A DNA stretch of 64,000 nucleotides from the human T2T-CHM13v2.0 reference genome, Homo sapiens. A program made the translations under genes and the position numbers. The stretch is taken from contig CP068257.2 in the NCBI GenBank assembly GCA_009914755.4, positions 35,328,001-35,392,000 on the forward strand, read 5' to 3'. Below the pieces are notes generated by a model that worked only from the letters and a program-made list of their open reading frames with translations, searched no databases and was not told the origin of the DNA. Of this stretch, positions 19,922 to 34,759 are shown piece by piece (the first letter of the stretch is position 1; each line of letters starts with the position of its first letter).

Positions 19922-20265
19922 GATTTTTTTTTTTTTTTCTGAAGACAGGGTCTTGCTTTGTCACCCAGACTGGAGTGCAATGGCTCAATCATAGCTCACT
20001 GTAGCTTCAAACTCCGGGGCTCAAGTGAACCTCCCGGGATCAAGTGACCCTCCCGCCTCACCCTCCAGAGTAGCTGGGACTACAGGCGCGTGCCACCACG
20101 CCGACCTAAGTGTTTTTTTTGTTTTGTTTTGTTTTTGGTAGAGAGGGGTCTAGCTATGTTGCCCAGGCTGGTCTCCATCTCCTGGGCTCAAAGCTGTCCT
20201 CCCTCCTAGGCCTCCCAGAGTGCAGTGATTACAGGCATAAGCCACCGCTCCCGGCCCGCCACAGC
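19922..20265 (-). mobile_element. Alu SINE, minus, with internal insertion or expansion in the linker
   Basis: Poly-T plus rc right arm, then gttttgttttgtttttgg, then the rc left arm ending …gccaccgctcccggcc. Confidence 0.8.
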
Positions 20266-20279
20266 TGTCTCTCCTGGTT

Positions 20280-21400
20280 CACGGTCACCCAAACGCCGGC
20301 TCGAAGTGTGGGAGAGGAGGTTGGGGGCGACCCCAGGTGGGCACTGCTGGCGTCCGGCTGTCAATCCACAGCTCACGTCCTCACAGGTGCGCGCCTAGAG
20401 TCACGCGTCCAGCACCGCCCGGCTGGCCGGGAAGAGGCGACCGGGTCCGTGGTCCGAGTCCCGCACCTCCGGCCTCTCTCTGGGCCCCGGGGCAACAGCC
20501 CCTCCCGGGCCGCACAGGCCGCACTGAGGGCGCCACTCCGGGGCTCCTGAACTCCCGGGCTGCCGGCGGGGACGAGGCGCAGGGACGGGGGCACTTCCGG
20601 CTCGCGGGGCCCGGGTCGCCCGCCCGCCCGACCCGCCCACCTGGCTGTCGCTGACGCAGAAGACGCGGCCGCCACGGCTCAGGCACACGCGGGCGCCCGG
20701 GGGCTGCGCGGCCGCGCCGCAGAAGGTGAAGGAACAGCGCGAGGCACGCAGCCGCCGCACCGTGGCGCGCACGAGCTCAGCCGGCCGGCGACCCCAGCGC
20801 GCCCACAGGTACAGGTAGCACAGCGTGATGAGCATGGCCGCGCCGCCGGCAGGGCGAGCCCGCCTCGCCCGCCCGCCCCAGCGCCCCAGGCCCGGCCCCG
20901 CCCCGGCCGGAAGGGCCGCACCGCCCCCCCGGGCCAGGCGGCGCGGGGGTGGGGACGGCGGGGGAGGCGGGGACCCGGAAGGTGACGCGGGCAACTGGAG
21001 GCTGCGGCGGGAGGGGCGGGGGGGGGGTGAGGCCGCGCCCGGCTGTGTGATGGGGAGCTCCGGAGGCCGCGCCCAGGGCTGGTGGCGGCGGCGAGGGGCA
21101 GCGCTGGGGCGGGGGGTGTGCACCGGGGTCAGGGGACGCCGGGGCTGCACCCGGAGAGGGGGCTCGAGGGAGTGGAGGCCGGGGTGCGGGGCCGCGCCAG
21201 GGCTGAGGAGTGGGATGGGTATGTTGTGGATGCGGGGGAGGGGAGGCTCCAGTGGCTGCCCGACCTGTTTAAGCCAAGTCCGGCCTCCCTTCCTTGGAGG
21301 GGTGGGAGGCGGATTGAGGAGGGGGCTCTGCCTATGTTCATAGCTGCCAAGGTCAACCTTTAGTAACCAGCAGCACACCGGGAGTCCCAGAGCGCTCCAC
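20280..21400. promoter_or_regulatory. CpG island (probable promoter / first-exon region)
   Basis: About 1.1 kb with very high GC and dense CpG (runs of gcgcgc, ccgccc/gggcgg Sp1-like boxes). No repeats. Confidence 0.8.
20641..20835 (-). CDS. Candidate first coding exon of an unidentified gene (65 codons, phase 0)
   Basis: Minus-strand ATG in context gcggccATGc. It encodes MLITLCYLYLWARWGRRPAELVRATVRRLRASRCSFTFCGAAAQPPGARVCLSRGGRVFCVSDSQ with strong GC3 codon bias. It ends exactly at a CAG|GTGGGC splice donor (intron side 20640 downward). Confidence 0.35.
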
Positions 21401-21764
21401 AGCCGCTACCCAGTCGACTTGGGAAAATAAGATAAGGCCGTTTTTATTAAATTATACTAAGCCTTCATGCAAAAGATTTTAAGGTCAATCACATACATTC
21501 ACGGGATGCAATAATGTTTTTTTAAATAAGGACAGGAAACAGAAATTGAAGACAGATAAGCACCAAGAAGGCTGCCTCTAAAAAGGCTGTGCCAGGAAGG
21601 CTCCCTATGGTGTTCTTGCTACATGTGGGTCAACAGTTTGACTGTAAGCATCCTAACACCAGTGGGAAAAGGAAAACATCACCATGATTTGGTGTTCTTG
21701 TCTCCAAGGGAAGCATAATTAGTCCTGACACAGAGGCTTCTCCCATAGAACCTCATTTCTTTAA

Positions 21765-22221
<457 letters not shown>

Positions 22222-22227
22222 TAGATT

Positions 22228-22488
22228 TTTTTTAAGAGACAAGGTCTCGTTCTGTCGCCCAGGCTGGAGTGCAGTGGCATAATCACAGCTCTCTGCAGCT
22301 TCGAACTCTGAGCTGAAGTGATCTTCCTGGCCACCATGCCCAGCTAATTTTTTAGAAATTATTTTTCATAGAGACAGGGTCTCGCTGTGTCACCCAGGCT
22401 GGTCTCAAACTCCTGGTCTCAAGCAGTCAAACTCCTGCCTGGATCTCCCAAAGTGCTGGGATTACAAGTTTGAGCCATGGCGCCTAGC
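22228..22488 (-). mobile_element. Alu SINE with internal deletion
   Basis: Poly-T, gagacaaggtctcgttctgtcgcccaggctggagtgcagtgg … gccatggcgcctagcc. TSD agatagattttt. Confidence 0.85.
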
Positions 22489-23782
22489 CATAAAGATAGA
22501 TTTTTAAAGTACCTTGGCCATTTGTTCATGTGCTTTAATATAGCTGCATAGAATACCCACTCCCAGAACTTCAGACTTTTGGTTAGATAACATAGTATAT
22601 TTTCCCCCTTGCATATAGCGATAGATTTTTAAAAGAGAGAAAATCCAAAAAGAAATAACTGGGCTTAAAAGCAAGCATCTCTGTGGACCAGAAATAGAAG
22701 AAAAACAAAGTGATAAACAGGACTAAAGCCATATCCTACATTTCTCTACAGGACAGTGGCAGCTGGAAAGTGGGTTCCTGCATGGTAACAAGACCTTAAA
22801 ATTGTGTCACTGGAGAAGGACGTGCAGTTCCCGCTGAGGAGAGACTTGGCCACTCCAGGACAACACAGGACTACAAGTCAGGAATTTGAAGATGAAAAGT
22901 GCTCAACAGTGATAAATCCTAAATGTTTCACTGAACAACCTTTCAGATAGCCTTCTTGAAGTTTGCTGAATTATGGCTATAAGGACCACTCCCCACCCCT
23001 GCTAGGTATGGAGAGGTCATCTCCTCTATCTGAAGGTGACCAACATCTCCAGTTTTTCCAAATTCCCTAAGGGTTTTGAGACCACACCTTCCCACAGGTA
23101 CTGTAACTCCACCTGGCCAATAGGAATTTTCTAGGTTTACCCTTAGGTGTTTCGAGATATGGTCTCAGAATACATCATGGGAAAATTACATTTTGGGGTC
23201 AATCCTGTATACCAATTCTAGGTTAAAAGCATGGGGACCACCATGGTTCAACATGAGCTGACCCTTGCATTGAAGAGTACTGATACCATTCATGCCTGGG
23301 GAAGGAATAGAGGGAGGAAGATATGAAGGGCACAGTGAGAAGTGAAACAGTCACATAACAAGCTCTGTTTATGATCCCGCCCTAAAATGATTTCATTTTG
23401 CAAAGGTCAAGGATAGAGTTGAGTTTCATCACCCCTATATAACAAAGGAATAGGGGAAGGATGCAAAAATAATACACCAAGGGATATTAATGTGTATGCA
23501 CCTGATCCTCATCCTGTAGTCCCTCACTGCTCAAAGTGTGGTCCTTAGAGCAGCAGCAGCAGCATCACTTGGAAGCTCGCAAGAAAAGCGGAATCCTAGG
23601 CCCCACCCAACCCCAAATCAGCGTCTGCATTTTGACAAAATCCCAGGAGACTCACAAACACATTAAAGTTAGAGAAGCACTGCTAACATCTTCCTCTGTC
23701 ATTCCCTGGGTCTGGGCTACTCTAGACTCTAATAAGACATTTCCAAAATGATGTGGAAAATAAGACCACAGACTAGGGATTT

Positions 23783-24072
<290 letters not shown>

Positions 24073-24424
24073 TAGGGATTTAGAAGCAAGACTTTGTCAT
24101 TTATAAGAACACTGCAGAAAGGAACAAGAATGACCCAGCTAGCCACTGAAGACCACCTCTGAAACCCATCAACATGACCGGCTTTCTATAGGAAAAGTCT
24201 CCACAGACTCAAAAAGTCTCTAGTTTCTTGCCCTTAGGAAGGCATGCCCTGGGAATAATAGTTTGGGGACAAGAGAGAGTAGAGTGTTTACTGTCCTATC
24301 CCCCATTAAATACATGGCAGAACTTCCCCAGGGAAAGCCTATCATACTGACATTAACTCAGTACCTGTTTGAACTTGGAGAGCATTCAGAATTCTCATCA
24401 GTCAAATGGCCAGAGCTGAGAAGG

Positions 24425-24868
24425 ATAGCTTGTTTTGTTTGTTTTTGAGACAGGGTCTTGCTATGTCACCCAGGCTGGAGGGCAGTGGTGCAATCCCGAC
24501 TCACTGCAGCCTCGACCTCGTGGGCTCAAGCAATCCTCCCTCCTCAGTTTCCCAAAGTGTTGGGATTACAGGCATGAGCCACCACACCTGGCTAATTTTT
24601 GTATTTTTTGTAGAGACAAGGTTTTACCCTGTTGCCCAGGCTGGTTTCCAACTCCTGAGCTCAAGCCATCTGCCCACCTTAGCCTCCCAAAGTTGTGGGA
24701 TTATAGGCACATGCCACCACACCTGGCTAATTTTTATATTTTTTTGTAGAGACAGGATTTTGCCATGTTGCCCAGGCTTGTCTCGAACTCCTGGATTCAA
24801 GCAATCTACCCGCCTCGGCCTCCCAAAGTACCGGGATTACAAGCGTGAGCCACTGTGCCCGGCCTGGG
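24425..24868 (-). mobile_element. Alu SINE with a tandemly duplicated left monomer (about 1.5 Alu)
   Basis: rc right arm, then two successive copies of the rc linker plus left arm. Each copy begins taattttt(g/a)tatttttt(t)gtagagaca(a)gg and ends …gccaccacacctggc / …gccactgtgcccggcc. Confidence 0.8.
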
Positions 24869-24907
24869 ATACTTTCTAAGAACCAAGGAACTATGTAGAA
24901 AATCTTC

Positions 24908-25282
<375 letters not shown>

Positions 25283-25715
25283 TCAAGCAAAAAGTAATTT
25301 TATTTTGTTAATCAAAATAAAGAGAAAAGTAGACAATATTTAGAGCATCAAAAGAATTTAAATTAGAACATCTTGAACTATTGGAAATATGCATTTGAAC
25401 TCATGTCTTTAAGAGGAAAATAATTATCTTTCCTAGCTCTTTCACTGAGATGGCCTCAGAGTAGCCTTACCCCAAGATGCACCTGAGTGCTCAGATTCTT
25501 GAATGGGTGCTCTTCTCCTCATTACAAGGAACTAGAAATCCTTGGAGAAATCACTGATTCTGGTGTTCAAGAGATACCAGATAAGCTGGAACATCTTATG
25601 CTAGGAAGCAGGAGAAGCTTCAAAGAAAAATAGGTCCAGGCAGAAGGATGCAGGAGACAAGCTAGAAGTGCCAAATCAGGACGATTTGAGTATCAAATTG
25701 AAATACACCCAATTA

Positions 25716-26111
<396 letters not shown>

Positions 26112-26506
26112 TTACTGCTGAGTCTCGTTATTTGGTTATGTTTGTATTGATTCATTTGTTGTATTGATAAAGATTAGTAGGTGGCAAATTCTGCCTTTAG
26201 AAGGTTGTTTGTGACCCAAGAGGGCATCAATACAAAGACCCTAAAGCTGGGATTCCGAAGCACAGAGTCGCGGGAGAGAACCAAAGCTCATCGCATCTGG
26301 TTTAAGACTCCTTCAGAGTTGGATCAGCCTAAAAACAGGACATGGTACAAGATTTTATTCATTCCAAAGATTGTAAAAATTAAATTCATCCTGAGAATTT
26401 ATCAGTCTATGTGGGAGCTACAGACTTCTATGAGCAAGCAGAGGTAAGTAATGTTCTAACTTCAACTAAAAGAGGCTAAGAGATCATCTTCCTTCTTTTG
26501 AATTTA

Positions 26507-26642
26507 ATTTTTTTATTATTATTTTAAAAGACAGGGTCTTGCCCTACCACCCAGGCTGCTCTTGAACCCCTAACCTCAAGCTGTCCTCCTGCCTCAGCCT
26601 CCCAAAGCATTGGGATTACAGGCATGTGTTGTGCCTGGCCTC
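26507..26642 (-). mobile_element. Alu monomer fragment
   Basis: About 135 bp of rc-Alu (…gacagggtcttgccctaccacccaggctg…cccaaagcattgggattacaggcatgtgttgtgcctggcc). Confidence 0.65.
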
Positions 26643-27128
26643 ACCCTCCTTGAGATTTCAGAATTGTTGACAGAATGACAATAAGTAGGATTCACTGTCT
26701 CCTTAAAGACTGAGGAAAGAAACCCAGTGAAACCTCTGATGGACAATGGCCTCAGTTAACTAGGACAGTAACTGTACAGTATCCATCTCCTAATCCAGTA
26801 AAACTGAGTTACATATAGAAAGGCTTGAAAGAAGCAAAGCCATAGATTTATATTTCTGTATTAATAAGGAATCTATGCATATTTTTGGTCTTATATATAC
26901 TTGAAGTGTGTTAGAGTATGTGGCTGTTTTAAGTACATTCTTATAACTAATTTGAAATGGGTACTTCTATATTGAAATCTTACTGAGTTTATGAATAGTA
27001 TTGAAACATCTAAGGGAATATTATTAGGTTTGCCATATTAATATACTGAATCTGCTAGATTGATAAGAATTATATAATCAGGCCACTGAAATGTATAAAA
27101 AGGAAATTTAATTTAAAAAGGACTTGGG

Positions 27129-27447
27129 GGCAGACACAGTGGCTCATGCCTGTAATCCCAACAGTTTGGGAGGCCAAAGTGGGAGGATCATTTGAGTCCA
27201 GAAGTTCATGACCAGCGTGGGCAACACAGGGAAACCCCATCTCTATGAAAAAAAAAAACAAAAACATTTTTTTAAATTAGCCAAGCATGGTGGTGCATGC
27301 CTGTGGTGACAGCTTCTCAGGAGGCTGAGGTAGGAGGATCACTTGAGCCCAGAAGGTCAAGGCTTCAGTGAGCTGTGATCGCACCACTGGTCTCCAGCCT
27401 CAGCGACAGAGAAAGATCCTGTCTTTTTTTTTTTTTTTTTTTTTTTT
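27129..27447 (+). mobile_element. Old Alu (AluJ-like) ending in a T-run
   Basis: Contains gggcagacacagtggctcatgcc…ccagcctcagcgacagagaaagatcctgtc, followed by about 25 T instead of the expected A-tail. Confidence 0.8.
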
Positions 27448-27867
27448 AGCAGCTCTGGAATGAGAATAGGTATTTGTAACACACATAACTGATAAAGGAT
27501 TCATATCTAGAATATACAAAGAACTCCAAATCAATGAGGAAAAGTCAGAAAACCAAAAAAGGAGGACAGCTAAAGCTGAAAAAGCACTTCAAAAACAGAC
27601 TGTACCCAGCTAGCTGTCTGATAAACATGAAAAAGTATGCAGTCTCAAAGTAGGTCCAAATTAAGACCTTCATGAGAATTGGTATACACCCATCGGTTTG
27701 GCAGAAATCCCCTTCTCAAGCCCTGGAATTCTGGGCTCTACCCCCATTGCTCAAAGATCTGACCATTTTCCATTTCCATCCCTTCCATCTTTCTGCAGTA
27801 CCTGGCATTCCTGACCATGCTATTTCTACCAATCAACAAAAACTACTAGATACTCAGAGGGGATTTA

Positions 27868-28422
<555 letters not shown>

Positions 28423-28639
28423 TCAGCAGGGGAAGAAGGTGGAAAAATACTGTAGCCGCTCCACACCTCCAGCCCAACGCCCCATGGCGGAACTTCACTA
28501 GAGGCCCCACGGCAGAAGAGCCTCCAGGAACCTCCTTGTGGACCAGAGGAGAGAGATAGAGAGGCGGCAGGAGGCAAGGGTGTGTCTAAGACAAACAGGC
28601 CACGGCCAGCCCCTGGCCTTCCTGAAACTCCTCCCTTGG

Positions 28640-29110
28640 GTTCTTTTAAAATTCAATATTCTGCTTCTGTTCCAGGGTTAATGGGCTGAACTGTGTCCCC
28701 CCAAATTCTAATGTTGAAGTTCTAACCCCCAGTACCTCAGAATGGGACTGCATCAGGAGACAGGTACTTTAAAATAGTCATTAAGGTAAAATGAGGTCAC
28801 CACCTAATCTGTTATGACTGGTATCCTTATAAGGATAAAATAGTCATTAAGGTGAAATGAGGTCATCACCTAATCTGTTATGACTGGTATCCTTATAAGG
28901 AGAGGAGACTAGACACAGACATGCACAGGGGGACAATCCTGTAAGGACAAAGGGAGAAGACAGCCATCTCCAAGCCAAGGAGAGAGGCCTCAGGAGAAAC
29001 CAACCCCGCCCACACCTTCATCTTGGACTTCTAGCTTCCAGAACTGGGGAAATGAATTTCTGTTGTTGAAGCCCCAGTCTGCAATACTTAGTTATAGCAG
29101 CCCTTACGAA
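28640..29110 (+). mobile_element. MaLR-type LTR (MLT1-like) with internal 63-bp tandem duplication
   Basis: Starts tgtgtcccccc… and contains …tggtatccttataagg…gacacagacatgcacaggg…ccatctccaagccaaggagagaggcctcaggagaaaccaaccc…cttggacttctagcttccagaactg…aatttctgttgttgaagccccagtctg…tagttatagcagcc. Confidence 0.6.
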
Positions 29111-29774
29111 CCAGCACATCCAAGTTCTCCGTCTCTGTCTATAACCCCTCTCTCAACTGTCGGCCATAAGTGAGCCTCTGCCCCCAACTTCTGGCCTCCT
29201 CTATGTTCTCTTCCTTGGTGACCTCTGGCAGTGACGCTCAGTCCTCATGGCCAGCTCTGGCCTCTCCCAGGCTCTGGCGCCACAATCATCTCTTCCACTT
29301 GTCTCTGCTTGGATAGTCTGTCAGCATCTCAAAGGCAACATGAATAAAACCAAATGCATTTTTTCCTCCCACAAATTATCTCTTTATCCTGATTTCTCTT
29401 ATCTCTGTTCATGACTTGTTCACCTTTTCACTAGGACCCAGAATTCATGCATCTTGGAGTCCCAACTTCTCCAGCCCCTGTGTCTTGTTTATTTCCATAG
29501 CAGTTGGTAGGCGGGACCTCCGCACAGTCTCACATGGTCCCTTCTTTCTAGTCCAGGCCCAGCTCAGCCCTCACCAGAACAGGCACTAGCACGACAGCCT
29601 GCTGGATGATTCCCGGTGCCCGTCCCCTGTTTCCCACGGTTCTGCCTCATCCAGCACACTCTGCACTTGACTGCCTAAAGCACAGCGCTCATCCCATCAC
29701 TCCTGCTTCTCAAACTCCTGCAGTGCCTGCCCCCACCCCAGAAAGTGCAGGCAGTCTTGCCTGGCATTCAAGAC

Positions 29775-29995
29775 CTTCCACTGAGCCTAAGCAACATAGT
29801 GAGACCCCATCTCTACAAAAAATTTAAAAATTAGCCAGGCATGGTGGCACGTGCCTATAGCCCCAGCTACTTGGGAGGCTGAGGCGGGAGAACTGCTGGA
29901 GCCCGGGAGTTCCAGGATGTAGTGATCCATGTTCATACCACTGCACTCCAGCCTGGGCAACAGAAGAGACCCCATCTCTAAAAAGAAAAGAAAAA
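29775..29995 (+). mobile_element. Alu SINE, 5'-truncated
   Basis: Begins inside the left arm (agcaacatagtgagaccccatctctacaaaaaatttaaaaattagccaggcatggtggc…) and runs through the right arm to an A-rich tail. Confidence 0.8.
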
Positions 29996-30569
29996 GACCT
30001 TCCATTGGACCCACCTAACCGGGTCTCCCTCCTTGGCAGCCATTCACTTATTCCACGTTCATTCTGCACCTCCTGCACACGAGGTGCTATGCCAATTACT
30101 GGATACATTTAATCCCTCAACAACTCTGCATGGTGACCATTATTGTCCCCATCTTGCAAAGGAAGAAACTGAATTTTAGAACAGTTGAATTTTAGAACTT
30201 GAGCTCCCATAATTAGGTGGGGAAACTGATGTTTGAATTTGTGTCCTTTTGGCCCCAAAGTCCTTCTCTGGATAAACTAGGCAACCAAGAGCAAAGAATG
30301 CTCTATACCCGACAAAAATAGAAATGAAACTCAAGATCCAAGACGCAAGAGTGGCAGAAGGTTCAAGGTGCACCACTGCCAGCCCTGACAGCCTTTGTAT
30401 CCAGGTCAGTTGAACAGGCCGGGATTGTCCCCAACTTGGACACATCTAAAAAGCTGCAGGTGGGATGTCATCAAAATCACCTGGGAAAACAACCTGCTCT
30501 GAAAACAGAGGCATGATCCAAAAGACAAAGAGGTTTGTGATACCCTTTCTGTACAATAGCTGACTATCA

Positions 30570-30892
<323 letters not shown>

Positions 30893-32405
30893 TCAAAGAA
30901 CTCTCTGTACTATTTCTCTTTTGTAAGCCTAAAATTATTTCAAAATAATAGGTGATAAAAATTAGAAGGTGACATTCCACTGAATTTCATCAGCACTCCT
31001 TTTTTCCCCTCTTCCGAACCAGCCATGTGATCTTAAGCAAATTATCTCATCTCTCTAGGTCACAGTTTTTCAACTTAGGAAAAAAAAGAGGGACACAAGC
31101 CAGATCATCTCTAACTTCCCCTCCATCTCTCAAATTCTGTGGTCCTCATACATTTACAATATGATGCAATCTACAAACATTTGATATTGGTGCTCTCTTA
31201 TTCACCTTCATATCCCTGGTATTTAGCATTGTGCCTATACATAGTAGGTGCTCACTGAAAGTTTTTGCAACTACCTCAAAAACTGAGGTTCATACCTCAG
31301 TTTGTAAAGTGACGTAGAACTGCTAGCTCTTTTACCTAGTTGACCACTAGAGAGCGAAGTGGTCACAAATTTTTTCTCTGTTAAAAGCAAATTTATCTTC
31401 GTCCAGCAGAGGGGAGTGGTCCTTTATATTTCAGGCATGTAAAAATCAGGTCCTGGTTGGGCGAAGGGAGACATCTGTGAGCAGTTTCCTGCCTATCAGA
31501 CAGGCCCTCCAGAGGGGTGATCAGTACCATAAGCTTCCAGGTAAGCACATGGGGCCACTGCCCCCACCCTCCAAAACACCCTCAAAAGTCTAAACCACCT
31601 CAATGGATGGGAGATTGCTCTGCAAATGGGGGAGCCCCACTCCTAATACGTTCATCATTGTCTTCCTAACAATCGTGACTCATTTCTTGAACAACTGTTT
31701 CACTTTTAAAGGGTTTGCACAGAGGCAGCTTTAAGAGGTCAAATAAATGAATGTGGAAGGAAATTAAAACTTTTACAACCACATGAAAAAGGCATTAGCC
31801 AGTCATCCTGCCCAGCAGCCCAATATTGAGCCTGTGTGAGTTGCCGTTTGTGTAGTGAAGCAATAGAGGCCATGGTCTGGAATCAGAAACCCTGGGTTCA
31901 GATACTGCCTCTGACCCCCCAACTCCCCAACAAAATGCACACATTCAGTGGCCATGTGACCAGGGCAAATGCCTCTCGTTCCACAGCTCCAATGCAGGAA
32001 TAATAATAGCATCCACCTGGTGTGGGTGGGCGGGTTCACAGAGAACAGCCACACAGGCTAAGAGTGCAGACTATTGTGACCCAGCAACTGCCCACCTGGG
32101 CAGAGTGAACAGGAAGGGAATAGAAGGGCAACGCGCTTTCACTTCATCCTCATGAGCGCTCTTCGTGGGGAAACTATTACACAAAGTCGGGGTGGGGAGT
32201 TCCTTCCCAGTAAATCGAGTTGCCTTTTTCAGGCACGGAAAAGCCCATCTGCCTGAATTTTCCTCAACTGGTCAATCATGGTGCCAGAAGTCCCAACCAC
32301 CTGAAGTGCTCCTTCAGGTTAAGTTACTTTATCTGCCAACTGTGTTAGTTTAAACAAGTCAGTTTCCAAGTCCTACGCTGCTGCTTTTATCATCCCATTA
32401 ATTTA

Positions 32406-32722
<317 letters not shown>

Positions 32723-33197
32723 AATTAAGAATAGGACCCCACAGTGTGGGAAGGAGGCTGGAAGCGTCCTGATTAAACTGCAGCCTGAGGACTGCTGGGT
32801 GGGATCCTGTAGAGCACACTGAGCCCTGAGAAGGGGGCAAGAAGAGCCCCAGGGTGCAAGGCCAGAGACTAGCTGGGGCAGAGAAGAGTGCGAAGCTGGC
32901 AGGACTGAAGGGTCGGGAGACCCTTAAAGAGACCCTGTAGCAGACGCCTTGGGAATGTACGTGTCACCGAGCAAAGCACATGAAGAGAACTGTTCAACAG
33001 CGGACTCAGCTGGGAACTCCAGACACTGCGGCAAAACCAGCACAGATGCATCCTCTCCTGTGGCTAAAAGCTCCATGAGGGGCCAGTGAGTCACATGACA
33101 ACCGAATTTCTCCTCTGCCAATCTGAACATATTCTGGGACTGAGACTTCCGTACTCAGGGAAAACCAATCACACTGCTTAAAAGAAAAAAAAATTGG

Positions 33198-33512
<315 letters not shown>

Positions 33513-33840
33513 CTACCTATTATAAACCCTTGATGCTATAAATTTAATGGAGCTGGAAATAAATTCCCTGGAAAGACTATGGTGGGAGAAGGGGGGCATT
33601 ACCTTCATCCGTTTACATTCTCCAGCCATGGGAACTAGCTCCTTTGTTTTCACTGAATTTATGTTTCTATAGAGGCACCCAGGATTGAGTCTCCTATAGG
33701 GGGGTCCCATGAAGCTGCCATGCCCCTCTGTTGATACACCTTGCTTTGCAGGTCAATTTGTGATTTTTAAAATGGTTTTATGCAAACGACATATTTAGCC
33801 CAAATGCACTGCAGGTAGCTGGTGATAAAACAGCAATACG

Positions 33841-34234
33841 GACCAGGCACAGTGGCTCACACCTATAATGCCAGCACTTTGAGAGGCCAAAGCAGAAGGA
33901 TCACTTCAGGCCAGGAGTTTGAGACCGGTCTTTGCAACATAGGGAGACTCCATCTGTACAGAAAATTAAAAATTAGCCAGGCGGCCAGGTGTGGTGGCTC
34001 ACGCCTGTAATCCTAACACTTTGGGAGGCAAAAGCGGGCAAATCACTTGAACTCAAGTTCAAGACCAGCCTGGGCAACATGGTGAAACCACATCTCTACA
34101 AAAGTAAAGAAAATTAGCCAGGCATGGTGGTGTGTGCCTGTAGTTCCAGCTACTCCTGGGGAGGTCGAGGCTGCAGTGAGCCGCAATCACGCCACTTGTA
34201 CTCCAGCCTGGGCGACAGAGCAAGTCCCCATCTC

Positions 34235-34266
<32 letters not shown>

Positions 34267-34415
34267 TGGGTGTGGTGGTCCCAGATACTCAGAGGCTGAA
34301 AAGGGAGGATTGCTTGAGCCCAGGAGTTCAAGGCTGCAGTGAGCTGCGATCACATCAATGCACTCCATCCAGCCTGAGCAATGGAGTGAGACCCTGACTA
34401 TATTTAAAAAAAAAA
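33841..34415 (+). mobile_element. Old Alu split by a younger nested Alu
   Basis: The left arm (33841-33985, ggaccaggcacagtggctcacacctataatgcc…ttagccagg) and the right arm (34263-34415, ggctgggtgtggtggtcccagatactcagaggctgaaaag…) flank the Alu at 33986-34262. Confidence 0.75.
33986..34262 (+). mobile_element. Alu SINE nested in the older Alu's linker
   Basis: Starts cggccaggtgtggtggctcacgcc and ends in a 30-nt poly-A. Confidence 0.88.
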
Positions 34416-34674
34416 AAAATAGGAAGAAACAACTCAACCACAGGGCTAGTATGTTACTCGGTTATAAAATGATAAAGCCCTAAACAGAGAATTAGCCCGT
34501 TTCCAGAAGAGGCCAAGAACAGATGATACAGCTGAACTGAACTCCTGCCTGTACAGCTCGTTTTCTACAAGATTCCAGACCTGGAAGATGATGGCATCCA
34601 GCCCCCATTGAAGCACCTCGAACAAGAAAAACGCCGAGTCCGAAGAGCCAGGCCTTGAACACACGATTCCTGTC

Positions 34675-34682
34675 TATAAATA
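34675..34682 (+). promoter_or_regulatory. TATA box (TATAAATA) about 25-30 bp upstream of a short exon-like segment
   Basis: The sequence is cctgtcTATAAATAactcc. Downstream …ggaatctg|GTAAGTtc gives a consensus donor at 34742, at the 5' edge of a CpG island. Confidence 0.3.
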
Positions 34683-34759
34683 ACTCCCCCTGGGGAATAA
34701 AAAGCAGGATCCAAGGCAGGAAACCCGAGCCGTGGAATCTGGTAAGTTCTTAGGAAACC

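Noticed and set aside
20401-21378. A 325-aa minus-strand ORF (and overlapping 172-aa and 100-aa ORFs) across the CpG island.
   Set aside because: The sequence is P/R/G/A-rich low complexity, typical of stop-codon-poor GC-rich DNA. Only the last 65 codons before the donor (20835-20641) look protein-like, and those are reported separately.
26181-26447. An 88-aa + ORF ending exactly at a perfect donor, gcagag|GTAAGTaatg.
   Set aside because: The peptide is not protein-like (K/I-rich, low complexity). There is no upstream acceptor or polypyrimidine tract that I can see. GTAAGT is expected about 30 times by chance in this window. I keep it only as a possible non-coding exon end.
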